From the NCBI GenBank assembly GCA_035063585.1, contig JAPSGB010000039.1:1-41142 (forward strand): a stretch of DNA of 41,142 bases. The letters are read 5' to 3'. Positions 8,916-17,091 of this stretch are shown here, in pieces. The notes below the pieces were generated by a model. That model saw only the letters and a program-made list of their open reading frames with translations. It was not told where the DNA came from and did not search any database. Source of the stretch: Polyangiaceae bacterium. Lineage in GTDB: Bacteria > Myxococcota_A > Polyangia > Polyangiales > Polyangiaceae. Made by a program: the position numbers and the translations under genes. Every line of letters begins with the position of its first letter. Within the stretch, counting starts at the first letter, position 1.

Positions 8916-10198
8916 AGCTCGTCATCGTCTCCGTCGGAACCCGCGGCGACGTCCAGCCGTACATCGCCGTCGCGCGCGCGCTCATGGCGCGAGGCCACGA
9001 GGTCACCTTCGCCGTCTCCGACGAGCACGCGCCGCTCCTTCGCACCTACGGCGTCGCACACCGGCCGATGCGCGGCAGCGTCCGCGCGCTGTTGGAGACG
9101 GACCTCGGCCGCGCCTGGCTCGCGTCGGCGGACTCGCCCCGGAAGTACGCCCGCTACGGAAACGAGCTCTTCCTGCCGATGCAGCGCGCGCTCTGCGAGG
9201 ACGCCGACGCCGCCGTCGAGGGGGCCGACGGCGTCGTCTTCTACGCGATGGCCATGCACGCGATGCACGCCGCCGAGCGACGGAAGCTGCCCATGGTCGC
9301 CGTCGCGCCGTGGCCGATCGCGCCATCGCGCGAGGTGCCGCCCGTGCTCGCGCCGTTCTTGTCCCGCGCGCCGGGGTTCGTGAAGAGCGCCGCGAGCCAC
9401 TGGAGCGCGCGCGTCGCCTTCGCGGGGTTCAACGGGGTGCATCTCGATTACCGACGGAGCGTCGGACTCCCGAGCTGGCGCGCGAAGGACACGCTCCACG
9501 CCGTGCTCGACGCGGGCATCCCGACCGTGCACCTCTTCAGCGAGGCGGTGATTCGCCGCCCGGCCGACTGGGCGCCTCAGCACGCCGTCGCGGGGTACGC
9601 GTTCGTCCCTCGACGCGCCTACGAGCCGCCCCGAGCGCTGGCGGACTTCCTCGCCTCGGGCCCGGCGCCCGTTTACATCGGGTTCGGCTCGATGACGGGG
9701 TTCGAGCCCGAGAAACTCGCCACGCTCACGACCTCCGCCGCGCGCCTCGCCGGGGTGCGGGCCGTCGTCGCGACCGGGTGGGCGAGTCTCGCGTCCACCT
9801 CGTCGGACGACGTGTACGCGCTCGACGAGCTCCCGCACGAGTGGCTCTTCCCTCGGGTCGCGGCGGTCGTTCACCACGGCGGCGCGGGCACGTTCGCCGA
9901 AGGGCTGCGCGCGGGGAGGCCGACCGTCATCTCGGCATTCTTCGCCGATCAGCCGTTCTGGGGTCACCTCAACGAACGCCTCGGGACCGGGCCGCGCGCG
10001 CTCCGTCGTTCGTCGCTCACGGCCGAGAAGCTCGCGAGCGCCATCCGGCTCGCGCTCGACGGCCCGCATCGCACCGCCGCCGAGTCGCTGGGGGAGCGGC
10101 TCCGCAGCGAGGACGGCGCCGCCCGCGCAGCCGAGCTCATCGAGGCTGCGATGACGACCGGCGGCGCGCCGCGACGCGCGCTCGCTCAGAGCCCATGA
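8912..10198 (+). CDS. GT1 glycosyltransferase, sterol 3-beta-glucosyltransferase (UGT51)-like
   Basis: GTRGDVQPY, YIGFGSM, PHEWLFPRVAAVVHHGGAGT and FFADQPFWG motifs; ATGA overlap with the kinase stop. Confidence 0.9.
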   Translation: MKLVIVSVGTRGDVQPYIAVARALMARGHEVTFAVSDEHAPLLRTYGVAHRPMRGSVRALLETDLGRAWLASADSPRKYARYGNELFLPMQRALCEDADAAVEGADGVVFYAMAMHAMHAAERRKLPMVAVAPWPIAPSREVPPVLAPFLSRAPGFVKSAASHWSARVAFAGFNGVHLDYRRSVGLPSWRAKDTLHAVLDAGIPTVHLFSEAVIRRPADWAPQHAVAGYAFVPRRAYEPPRALADFLASGPAPVYIGFGSMTGFEPEKLATLTTSAARLAGVRAVVATGWASLASTSSDDVYALDELPHEWLFPRVAAVVHHGGAGTFAEGLRAGRPTVISAFFADQPFWGHLNERLGTGPRALRRSSLTAEKLASAIRLALDGPHRTAAESLGERLRSEDGAARAAELIEAAMTTGGAPRRALAQSP

Positions 10199-11484
10199 CG
10201 ACGCGCGAGCCTATAGAGGTACACGCGATCGATGCCCGCCGCGGCGGCGGCCTGCATCACCTTGCCCTCGTGCTTCGCGAGCAGCTCGCGCACGTACGCC
10301 CGCTCGAACGCCTCGATCGCGCGCCTTCGCGCCTCGGCGTACGGGAGGGCGGTATCGACCGCCGCCTCGGCGCGAGCCGGCATCGGCTCCGCGATGGGGA
10401 GCGCCTCGTCGAACGCGAGACACCGCTCGAGGTGGTTGCGGAGCTCACGGGCGTTGCCCGGCCAGGCCGCTCGGCGCAGCGTGGCGATGAACTCGCCGGT
10501 ACACAGGCGCTCGATCTCCTCGTCGCGCGCCCCGGCCCCACGGAGCAGCGCGCGCGCGAGGGCCGGCAAATCGTCGGCGCGCTCGCGGAGCGGCGGGAGC
10601 GGGATGCGGAGCACCGCGAGCCGGAAGTAGAGGTCGGCGCGGAAACGCCCTTCGTTGACCTCGCGGCGCAGGTCGCGGTGGGTCGCGGCGACGAGCCGCA
10701 CGTCCACCTTGCGATGCGTGTTGGAGCCGACCCGTCGAATCTCTCGGCTCTCGAGCGCGCGGAGCAGCTTCGGCTGCTGCTCGAGCGGGAGCTCGCCGAG
10801 CTCGTCGAGGAACAGCGTGCCCCCGGCCGCCTCCTCGAAGGCCCCGATCCGGCGCTCGCCCGCGCCGGTGAACGCGCTCTTCTCGTGGCCGAATAGCTCC
10901 GACTCGATCAGGTTCGCCGGGATCGCGCCGCAGTCGACGACGAGGAACGGCCCCTTGCTCCTGTCGCTGCCGCGGTGGATGGCCTCGGCGACCTTCCCCT
11001 TCCCCGTCCCCGTCTCCCCCTCGAGCAGCACCGTGAGCGTGCTCTTGGCCGCGCGTTCGACGAGCGCGAGCGCGGCGCGCATCGCGACCGAGCGGGCGAC
11101 GACGCCGTGGAACGACGTCTTCGGGGAGAGCGGCACGCGCCCGGCTCGGTCGAGCGGCTCGAACCGGAGCGTGACGCCCCCCAGCTTCAGCGTGCTCCCC
11201 GCGCGGAGGAAGGCCTCGGCGACGCGCACACCGTCCACGTAGGTGCCGTTGCGGCTGCCGAGGTCGCGTACCCGCGCGGAGGAGCCGTCGACGACGATCT
11301 CGCACTGAAAGCGCGAGACACGCGTGTCGTCGAGGCAGAGGTCGTTCGATTCGTGGGTGCCGACCGCGCAGCGCCCGCTCGCCGACTCGAACGCGCCGCT
11401 GCCGCCGTCCACGACCGTGAGTCGGAAGCCGGCGAGGCGCGCGCTGGAGTCGTGCGGCTCGAGCGCGTCCGTGTCCACGGCCAT
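10186..11484 (-). CDS. sigma54-dependent enhancer-binding protein with N-terminal FHA domain and Fis-type HTH
   Basis: FHA motifs (VSRFQC, DLGSRNGT), GETGTGK, ESELFGHEKSAFTGA, LFLDELGEL, FRADLYFRL, WPGNARELRN and a C-terminal HTH. Confidence 0.95.
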   Translation of the reverse strand: MAVDTDALEPHDSSARLAGFRLTVVDGGSGAFESASGRCAVGTHESNDLCLDDTRVSRFQCEIVVDGSSARVRDLGSRNGTYVDGVRVAEAFLRAGSTLKLGGVTLRFEPLDRAGRVPLSPKTSFHGVVARSVAMRAALALVERAAKSTLTVLLEGETGTGKGKVAEAIHRGSDRSKGPFLVVDCGAIPANLIESELFGHEKSAFTGAGERRIGAFEEAAGGTLFLDELGELPLEQQPKLLRALESREIRRVGSNTHRKVDVRLVAATHRDLRREVNEGRFRADLYFRLAVLRIPLPPLRERADDLPALARALLRGAGARDEEIERLCTGEFIATLRRAAWPGNARELRNHLERCLAFDEALPIAEPMPARAEAAVDTALPYAEARRRAIEAFERAYVRELLAKHEGKVMQAAAAAGIDRVYLYRLARRHGL

Positions 11485-11677
11485 GCGCCGAGCGTACACA
11501 GAACCGGCCTCGGCGAGCGAGCCTGGCATGAACAGCCGCCCCAATCTGAACGACCATCCGCCCGCCCGAGGTTCGCCGAAGGACGCTGGCGAGAAGCGGC
11601 GGGCAGAGGGGCACATGAAGGCGGACGCACACCGAATCGCGCGATGCAGTGACCCGCGTCGCAAACCCGGGGGGCGG

Positions 11678-11703
11678 GGGTGCCGGTCCGGCGCGGAACC
11701 GCG
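11678..11703 (+). repeat. dispersed ~26-bp repeat (consensus copy)
   Basis: GGGTGCCGGTCCGGCGCGGAACCGCG, 26/26 identical to the reverse complement of 22266..22291. Confidence 0.85.
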
Positions 11704-11719
11704 CGGCGTCGCTTGCGCG

Positions 11720-12394
11720 TCAGAACGCGCCCGCGACGGAGACCCCGGCGCGGCCGAGCTCTGCCATCGGCAGGATCACGACCCGCGGCTCCTCGGGGAC
11801 GGTCTTGCGCGCCAGCAGGCTCGCGTCGATCGCGACCGCCCCGGACCAACCGACGGCGAGGCCTATGATGAAGCCCGAGAGCCCGCAGAAGAACTCCCGG
11901 CGCGAGCATTGCTCCAGGTTCGTGCCAACCTGGCCTAACATCACCGGCATCCCGACGCGAAGCGCCGCGTCCCCGGCTCCCACCCAAGGGCGACCGTGGG
12001 CCACGTGGATGGCGGCCGGAACCGCGACGTACGTGACGCCCGCCGCCACGTACCCGACGCCGCTGTGGTCCTCGACCTCAGCCGCGGCGACGAACATCCC
12101 GACGGCCGCCGCGTCGGCCAAGAGCGTCTGCCAGCCGTACCAGACGCTGCGCGTACGCGCAGACGCCGCTCCGCCCGGCGGCGGCAGGTGGCGAGGCGGT
12201 GTCCACGGCTGCGAATAGCCATACGCGGTGCCCGCCGGCTGCGGTGGCTGTGGCGCCGCTCGCGGCAGCGCGCGCGGAGGCGCTTGCTGTGCTGCTTCAG
12301 CCACACCGGGCGGCGCCGCGCGTGCCGCCGCAGCGACACTGAGCGTGCCCGCGAGCGTCGCGATGAAGAACGCGAAAGCGATTCGGTGGTGCAT
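11720..12394 (-). CDS. exported/membrane protein of unknown function
   Basis: Signal peptide, Pro/Gln-rich linker, WYGWQTLLAD motif, Gly-rich hydrophobic helices and a C-terminal GVSVAGAF ending in Phe. Confidence 0.75.
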   Translation of the reverse strand: MHHRIAFAFFIATLAGTLSVAAAARAAPPGVAEAAQQAPPRALPRAAPQPPQPAGTAYGYSQPWTPPRHLPPPGGAASARTRSVWYGWQTLLADAAAVGMFVAAAEVEDHSGVGYVAAGVTYVAVPAAIHVAHGRPWVGAGDAALRVGMPVMLGQVGTNLEQCSRREFFCGLSGFIIGLAVGWSGAVAIDASLLARKTVPEEPRVVILPMAELGRAGVSVAGAF

Positions 12395-12406
12395 GGCAAC
12401 GGAGTG

Positions 12407-12422
12407 AGCAACACGCATGCCG
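12407..12422 (-). promoter_or_regulatory. sigma54 (-24/-12) promoter
   Basis: CGGCATGCGTGTTGCT has GG-N10-GC spacing and ends 12 nt before the ATG at 12394. Confidence 0.7.
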
Positions 12423-12432
12423 GATGCGCCCC

Positions 12433-12455
12433 GTGGTCCCGCGCCGGACCAACAC
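12433..12455 (-). repeat. dispersed repeat copy, inverted relative to 11678..11703
   Basis: Minus strand GTGTTGGTCCGGCGCGGGACCAC versus consensus GTGCCGGTCCGGCGCGGAACCGC (4 mismatches). Confidence 0.65.
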
Positions 12456-12687
12456 ACCTCCCCCGGCCTCATCGAGCTCACCGTCGGTGTCGCCGACGAC
12501 GGCGGCCTTGTGGGCGTCGCTGCCCTGCGCGTGCCGCTCGCCGTCCTTCATACGGAAGCCCTCGCCCTCGAAGGACACCGCCGGCCCAGCGGTACGGCAC
12601 CCGCGTGATGCCGGGATGAACGCTCTGGAACAGGGAGAGAGGCGCTCGCGCCAGCTACGCGTACGGATCCCGGCTTCCGACGGCCAC

Positions 12688-14031
12688 CTAGAGCAGCACG
12701 AAATCGTCCGCGTCGGTCGCTTCCTGGGCGACGATGCTGCTCGTCTCCTCGGCGCGCTTCACGGCGAGCTCGTAGAGCTCGGCGAGCAAGGCGGGGTGCT
12801 GCTTCACGATTTCGAGGAAGCGGTCGCGGGGCAGGTGCAAGGTGACGGTCGGGTGCACCGCGACCACGTCGGCGTTCGACGGCCGGCGGAGCACCAGGGC
12901 GACCTCACCCACCACCTCCCCGGCCCCGAGCGTGGTCACCACGGTGCCCTCGCCCCCCTCGTTCACCACCACCGCGACCTCACCGGACGCCACGAGGTGC
13001 AGGCCGTCCGAGTCCTGACCCTGGGTAATGAGCTTGTCGCCCTCCTCGAAGGTGCGCGTCTCGAACCGCTCGAACAGCGCGGGACGCTCTCGCGGCTTCA
13101 CCGCGCGGAGCAGGGCGCTCGTGCGGACCAGGTTCTCCATCATTCGGCGGCGGCAGTAGCCCGCGAACTCGCGCCCTACCTCCGGAGCCTCTGCGACCAC
13201 CGCGTCGAGCGACTCCTTGCGCGCGACCAGGAGCAGGCTCGGCCGCACCGCGGTGACGCTCGCGGCGCGCGGTGAGCGGCTGAGCAGCGACATCTCGCCG
13301 ATCAGCGTCCCTCCACCCACGCGAGCGAGCAGCACCGGCTCCTCTCCCGGGAGCTCGCGCTTCACCTCGAGCTCACCGCGCGCGACGATGAACGCCTCGG
13401 CGCCCGTCGTGCCCTGCTCGATCACCACCTCGCCCGCGGCGACCAGCTGAGTGTCGAAGATGCCGATCATGGCGCGGAGCCCCGCCTCGCCGAGCGACGA
13501 GAAGAGCGGCTCGGGGGCGACCTTGGGCGCCTCGCCGCGCACCTTCACCTCACTCGCGTAGGCCGCCGCCGCGCCACGCACCGCGGCCTCGCAGGCGTCG
13601 AGGAGCGCCTCTACCGAGAGCGAGCCGTCGAGCGGGGTGAGCCCGCCACCGGCGCCCTCGGGGAGCTTGGGTGGCCGCGCGCCGGCCGCGAGGAGCCGCG
13701 GCGAGCCCGCCGCGAACGTCGCCGCGATGGCGTCGAGCTCGCGGGCAGCGTCTTCGCCGAGCTGCTCGAGCAGCCGGCACGCCGCGACCGCGAGCGGGAG
13801 GTTGCCGGCGTCGAGGGCGCGCCCGGCGCTCGCCGCGAGGCCGGCCTTGGCGTTCTCCACGCGCCCGCGAGCTCCGAGCAGCCGCGCGGCGATGAGGAGC
13901 GCCACCGGCCGCGCCGGCTCGCGCGTGACCAGCGCCGTCGCCCAGCGCAGCGCCGCCTGGTCGTCGCCGGACAGCGCCAGGGAGAGCGCGCGATCGAACG
14001 GGTTATCAGGGCCGGACGCAGGCGACGACAT
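12688..14031 (-). CDS. tandem cyclic-nucleotide-binding-domain protein with a helical (TPR-like) N-terminus
   Basis: Two cNMP domains: IEQG...FIVARGEL...GEMSLLSRSPRAASV and ITQG...LVASGEV...GEVALVLRRPSNADV. Confidence 0.88.
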   Translation of the reverse strand: MSSPASGPDNPFDRALSLALSGDDQAALRWATALVTREPARPVALLIAARLLGARGRVENAKAGLAASAGRALDAGNLPLAVAACRLLEQLGEDAARELDAIAATFAAGSPRLLAAGARPPKLPEGAGGGLTPLDGSLSVEALLDACEAAVRGAAAAYASEVKVRGEAPKVAPEPLFSSLGEAGLRAMIGIFDTQLVAAGEVVIEQGTTGAEAFIVARGELEVKRELPGEEPVLLARVGGGTLIGEMSLLSRSPRAASVTAVRPSLLLVARKESLDAVVAEAPEVGREFAGYCRRRMMENLVRTSALLRAVKPRERPALFERFETRTFEEGDKLITQGQDSDGLHLVASGEVAVVVNEGGEGTVVTTLGAGEVVGEVALVLRRPSNADVVAVHPTVTLHLPRDRFLEIVKQHPALLAELYELAVKRAEETSSIVAQEATDADDFVLL

Positions 14032-14074
14032 GCGCGCCAGCGTATCACGGCTCCGAGCAGCGCCTACCGCGACG

Positions 14075-15142
14075 TCATCCGCCGGAGCCGCCGCCTCGGC
14101 TCGGATCTCGCGAGCGGGCGAGGGCGGCGCTCATCGCCTCGGCCGTCGCGCCGACCAAGGGGACGACCGCCGGATAATCCATGCGCGTCGGCCCGATGAC
14201 CCCGATCGCGCCACCCGGACGCCCACCGTCTTCTCGGTACGGCGCGGCCACCACGCTCACCGGATGACCGACCATCTCGCTCGTCTCCTCGCCGAGGAAC
14301 ACCTGCACGCGCTCGGCGGACAGCATCCGATCGAGCAGCATCACGAGCCGCTCGCGATCCTCGAGCGCGCGGAGCAGCTCGCGGAGCTCCTCGCTCCGCG
14401 CGAGCTCCGGGTTCTCGAGGAGCCGGGCCTGACCCTCGACGACGACGTCGAGCCCATGGTCGGCGCCGTCGATCGCCGCGCTCATCAGCGCGTGGCCGAG
14501 GCGGTGCAGCTCATCGAGCTCACCCCGCCGCTCTTCGAGCCCCCGCACGAAGAGGTCGCGCACCGCCGGGAGCGTGCGCCCCCCGAGCGACTCCTCGAGC
14601 ATGTTGTGCACTCGCTCGAGCTCGCGCTCACCGATCGGCCCCTCGACGGCGAGGAAGCGGTTCTCGACCGTCCCGTCGGTGAACACGAGGACGCTGAGCA
14701 GCTCGTCCGGCCGAGTCGGGATGAAGCGGATCTTGAGCAGGGTGCGGGTCTCGAGCCGCGACCTCACGACCACCGCGGCGGCCCCGGTGAGCGTCGAGAG
14801 CAGCCGACCGGTCTCCCGCAGCGTCTCGGTGCCTGGGCGAAAGTCCTCGAACCACTGAGCGATCCGCGCCGCCTCCTCGACGGAGAGCTCACGGACCTGC
14901 ATCAAGGCGTCGATGAAGAGCCGAAACGCCTTCTCCGTCGGCACCCGTCCGGCCGAGGTGTGCGGCTGGGCCAGGTAGCCCTCGTCCTCCAGGTCCGCGA
15001 GCACGTTGCGAATGGTCGCCGCCGAGAGGTCGAAGCCGTATTTCTTGGCGAGCGTGCGGCTGCCGACCGGCTCCCCGGTGGCGATGAACTCGTTCACCAC
15101 CGCGTAGAGCACCGAGCGGGCGCGCTTCCCAAGAGCGTTCAC
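14075..15142 (-). CDS. hrcA: heat-inducible transcription repressor
   Basis: TGEPVGSRTL, SAATIRNVLADLE, QPHTSAGRVPT and GVIGPTRMDY motifs. Confidence 0.97.
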   Translation of the reverse strand: MNALGKRARSVLYAVVNEFIATGEPVGSRTLAKKYGFDLSAATIRNVLADLEDEGYLAQPHTSAGRVPTEKAFRLFIDALMQVRELSVEEAARIAQWFEDFRPGTETLRETGRLLSTLTGAAAVVVRSRLETRTLLKIRFIPTRPDELLSVLVFTDGTVENRFLAVEGPIGERELERVHNMLEESLGGRTLPAVRDLFVRGLEERRGELDELHRLGHALMSAAIDGADHGLDVVVEGQARLLENPELARSEELRELLRALEDRERLVMLLDRMLSAERVQVFLGEETSEMVGHPVSVVAAPYREDGGRPGGAIGVIGPTRMDYPAVVPLVGATAEAMSAALARSRDPSRGGGSGG

Positions 15143-15148
15143 CTGCGA

Positions 15149-15178
15149 ATCGTGATGCCTTCCGGTTGGTTACGTCAA
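15149..15178 (-). promoter_or_regulatory. sigma70-type promoter of hrcA, probably leaderless
   Basis: TTGACG-N18-CACGAT, then 6 nt to the GTG start; no Shine-Dalgarno. Confidence 0.5.
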
Positions 15179-15251
15179 CCGCGCCCGAGCCGGGCGGCCG
15201 GACGCGACGCGCCGCTTTGCCGCATCGCCCGGGTCGGGATAGGCCCGAGTG

Positions 15252-16007
15252 ATGCCCGGAGCGCGCTCGAGCCCGGCGGTTCCGCGCCGGACCGGCATCC
15301 CGGCCCTGGCGCTCCTCGCGAGCTCCTTGGTCGGGACACCGGCCACGGCCGGCCCGAGCATCGCCAAATTCCCGAGGGACGCCGCCAAGGCCCCGGCGGT
15401 GCGCTACGCGGCGCTCGGTCGAGCGGCGTGCCTGCGGGAGCTCCGGCGGCGCAAGATCCGATTTCGCGCGGTCGGGGCGGCTCCGGGCGTGCTCGCGCCG
15501 GTGCGCCTCGAGGGTAAGCTCGGCGGGGTCTCGATCCACACCGACTTCCCCGTCAAGAAGCGGAGGACCGTGCCCTGGGAGGTGTACGACTGCCGGCTCG
15601 TGCTGGCCGTGCACGACTTCACGCGGATCCTCGCCGCCCACGACATCGACGAGGTCCATATCTTCTCCGCGTGGCGCCCTCCGGGGAAGCGATGGCCAGC
15701 AGGCAAGCTCGGTAAGCGCCATCCGGGCGGCCTCGCGGTGGACGTACGCGCCTTCAAGAAGCGCTCGGGGGCGGAGTTGGTCGTGGAGCGCGACTTTCAT
15801 GGTCGGATCGGCGCGGAAACCTGCGGGGCGGAGGCCGCGACGCCGGAGCCGGCAACGCCCGAGGCCCTCGAGCTGCGCGCCATCGCCTGCGAGGCGGCCG
15901 ACGCTCGCCTCTTCAGCGGCATCCTCACCCCGAACTACAACGAGCCCCACCGGAACCATTTCCACCTCGAGGTCACCGCCGGCGTGAAGTGGTTCATCGT
16001 CCGCTGA
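15252..16007 (+). CDS. extensin-like C-terminal domain protein (peptidase M15-like fold), exported
   Basis: Signal peptide, ACLREL, PVRL, DCRL, H(P)GGLAVD and ILTPNYNEPHRNHFHLE motifs. Confidence 0.82.
   Translation: MPGARSSPAVPRRTGIPALALLASSLVGTPATAGPSIAKFPRDAAKAPAVRYAALGRAACLRELRRRKIRFRAVGAAPGVLAPVRLEGKLGGVSIHTDFPVKKRRTVPWEVYDCRLVLAVHDFTRILAAHDIDEVHIFSAWRPPGKRWPAGKLGKRHPGGLAVDVRAFKKRSGAELVVERDFHGRIGAETCGAEAATPEPATPEALELRAIACEAADARLFSGILTPNYNEPHRNHFHLEVTAGVKWFIVR
15276..15301 (-). repeat. dispersed repeat copy inside the 5' end of the extensin-like gene
   Basis: Minus strand reads GGGATGCCGGTCCGGCGCGGAACCGC. Confidence 0.8.
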
Positions 16008-16041
16008 GGGGGGGGAGGATCCTGCCGAGGCCGCGAATTCC

Positions 16042-16070
16042 TTGACTCTTCTCGGGCGGACACGGATGAT
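16042..16070 (+). promoter_or_regulatory. sigma70-type promoter of romR
   Basis: TTGACT-N17-GATGAT; AGGAGGA ribosome-binding site at 16094-16100. Confidence 0.5.
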
Positions 16071-16103
16071 CGCGCCCCGGCATCGTGGATCCCAGGAGGA
16101 CTA

Positions 16104-17024
16104 GTGACCCCTAGCGTGCTCGCCGTCGACGACAGCGCCACCATGCGCAAAGCGCTCGAAATCACCTTCGCGGGCGAGGACTACCGCACGCTCCTGGCTG
16201 GCAGCGGCGCGGACGCGCTCGCGCAGCTACGCGCCGAGCGCCCGTCGCTCGTGCTCGTCGACGCCCAGCTCGGCGGAGAGAGCGGCTACGACCTCTGCCA
16301 AGCGATCAAGCGCGAGGCGCCCGGCACGCCCGTCATCATCCTCTCGAGCAAGCAGCAGCCCTATGATCGCGGGCGCGGCACCATGGTCGGCGCGGACGAC
16401 TTCATGGACAAGCCGTTCGACACCCAGCAGCTCCTCGACAAGGTCGCGGCGACGCTGCGCAAGGCAGGCGAACAGCCGGCCGCGCCGCCTCCGATGGCCG
16501 AGCCGCCCGCGACGCAGGCGCCGTACCGCGCGCCAGCGCCGGCGATAGCCTCCGCGCCGCCTCCGCAAGCGCCGCCCGCCTCGTCGGCGCAGCGACGTCC
16601 GCCCACGCTCGCGTATGGGACGCCGGCGCCCGCGCCGCTCGGCGCTTCGCCCGCGCCGTCGCCGGCGCCCGCGCCGGTAGGGCCGCGCTCGCACACGGTG
16701 ATGGGAACGCCCGCGCCCGCGCCGGTAGCGCCGCGACCTGCCGCAGCCGCGGCGCCCGTCGCTCCGACCCCGATGTCGGGCACTCCCGTCGCCCCCAGGC
16801 CGTCACCCGCCGCGCCGCCTGCCGTCGCGACCGCAGCCGCCGCCGCGACCGACGGCGGGGGTGAACTCGCGGGCAAGCTCGCCGGCCTCGGGCTCGACTC
16901 GAGCCAGGTCGCGGGCGTGCTCGCGCTCTCGCGCGAGGTCGTCGAGAAGGTGGTGTGGGAGGTCGTGCCGATCCTCGCCGAGACGCTCATCAAGGAAGAG
17001 ATCCGCCGGCTCACGAGCGAGTGA
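16104..17024 (+). CDS. romR: RomR-like polarity response regulator (receiver, Pro/Ala linker, conserved C-terminal helix)
   Basis: Receiver motifs (VDDS, LVD, KPF), a Pro-rich linker and a C-terminal SREVVEKVVWEVVPILAETLIKEEIRRL; directly upstream of valS, as in Myxococcus. Confidence 0.85.
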   Translation: MTPSVLAVDDSATMRKALEITFAGEDYRTLLAGSGADALAQLRAERPSLVLVDAQLGGESGYDLCQAIKREAPGTPVIILSSKQQPYDRGRGTMVGADDFMDKPFDTQQLLDKVAATLRKAGEQPAAPPPMAEPPATQAPYRAPAPAIASAPPPQAPPASSAQRRPPTLAYGTPAPAPLGASPAPSPAPAPVGPRSHTVMGTPAPAPVAPRPAAAAAPVAPTPMSGTPVAPRPSPAAPPAVATAAAAATDGGGELAGKLAGLGLDSSQVAGVLALSREVVEKVVWEVVPILAETLIKEEIRRLTSE

Positions 17025-17091
17025 TCGCCGGGCGCGCGAGGCGCGCGTCACGGGCTCGATCACGAAAAATCGGTGCTAGCGTCCGGTCGCG

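Noticed and set aside
16008..16015. G8 tract upstream of romR as a phase-variation site
   Set aside because: It lies outside the coding sequence and outside the -35/-10 spacer; short for a high-GC genome.
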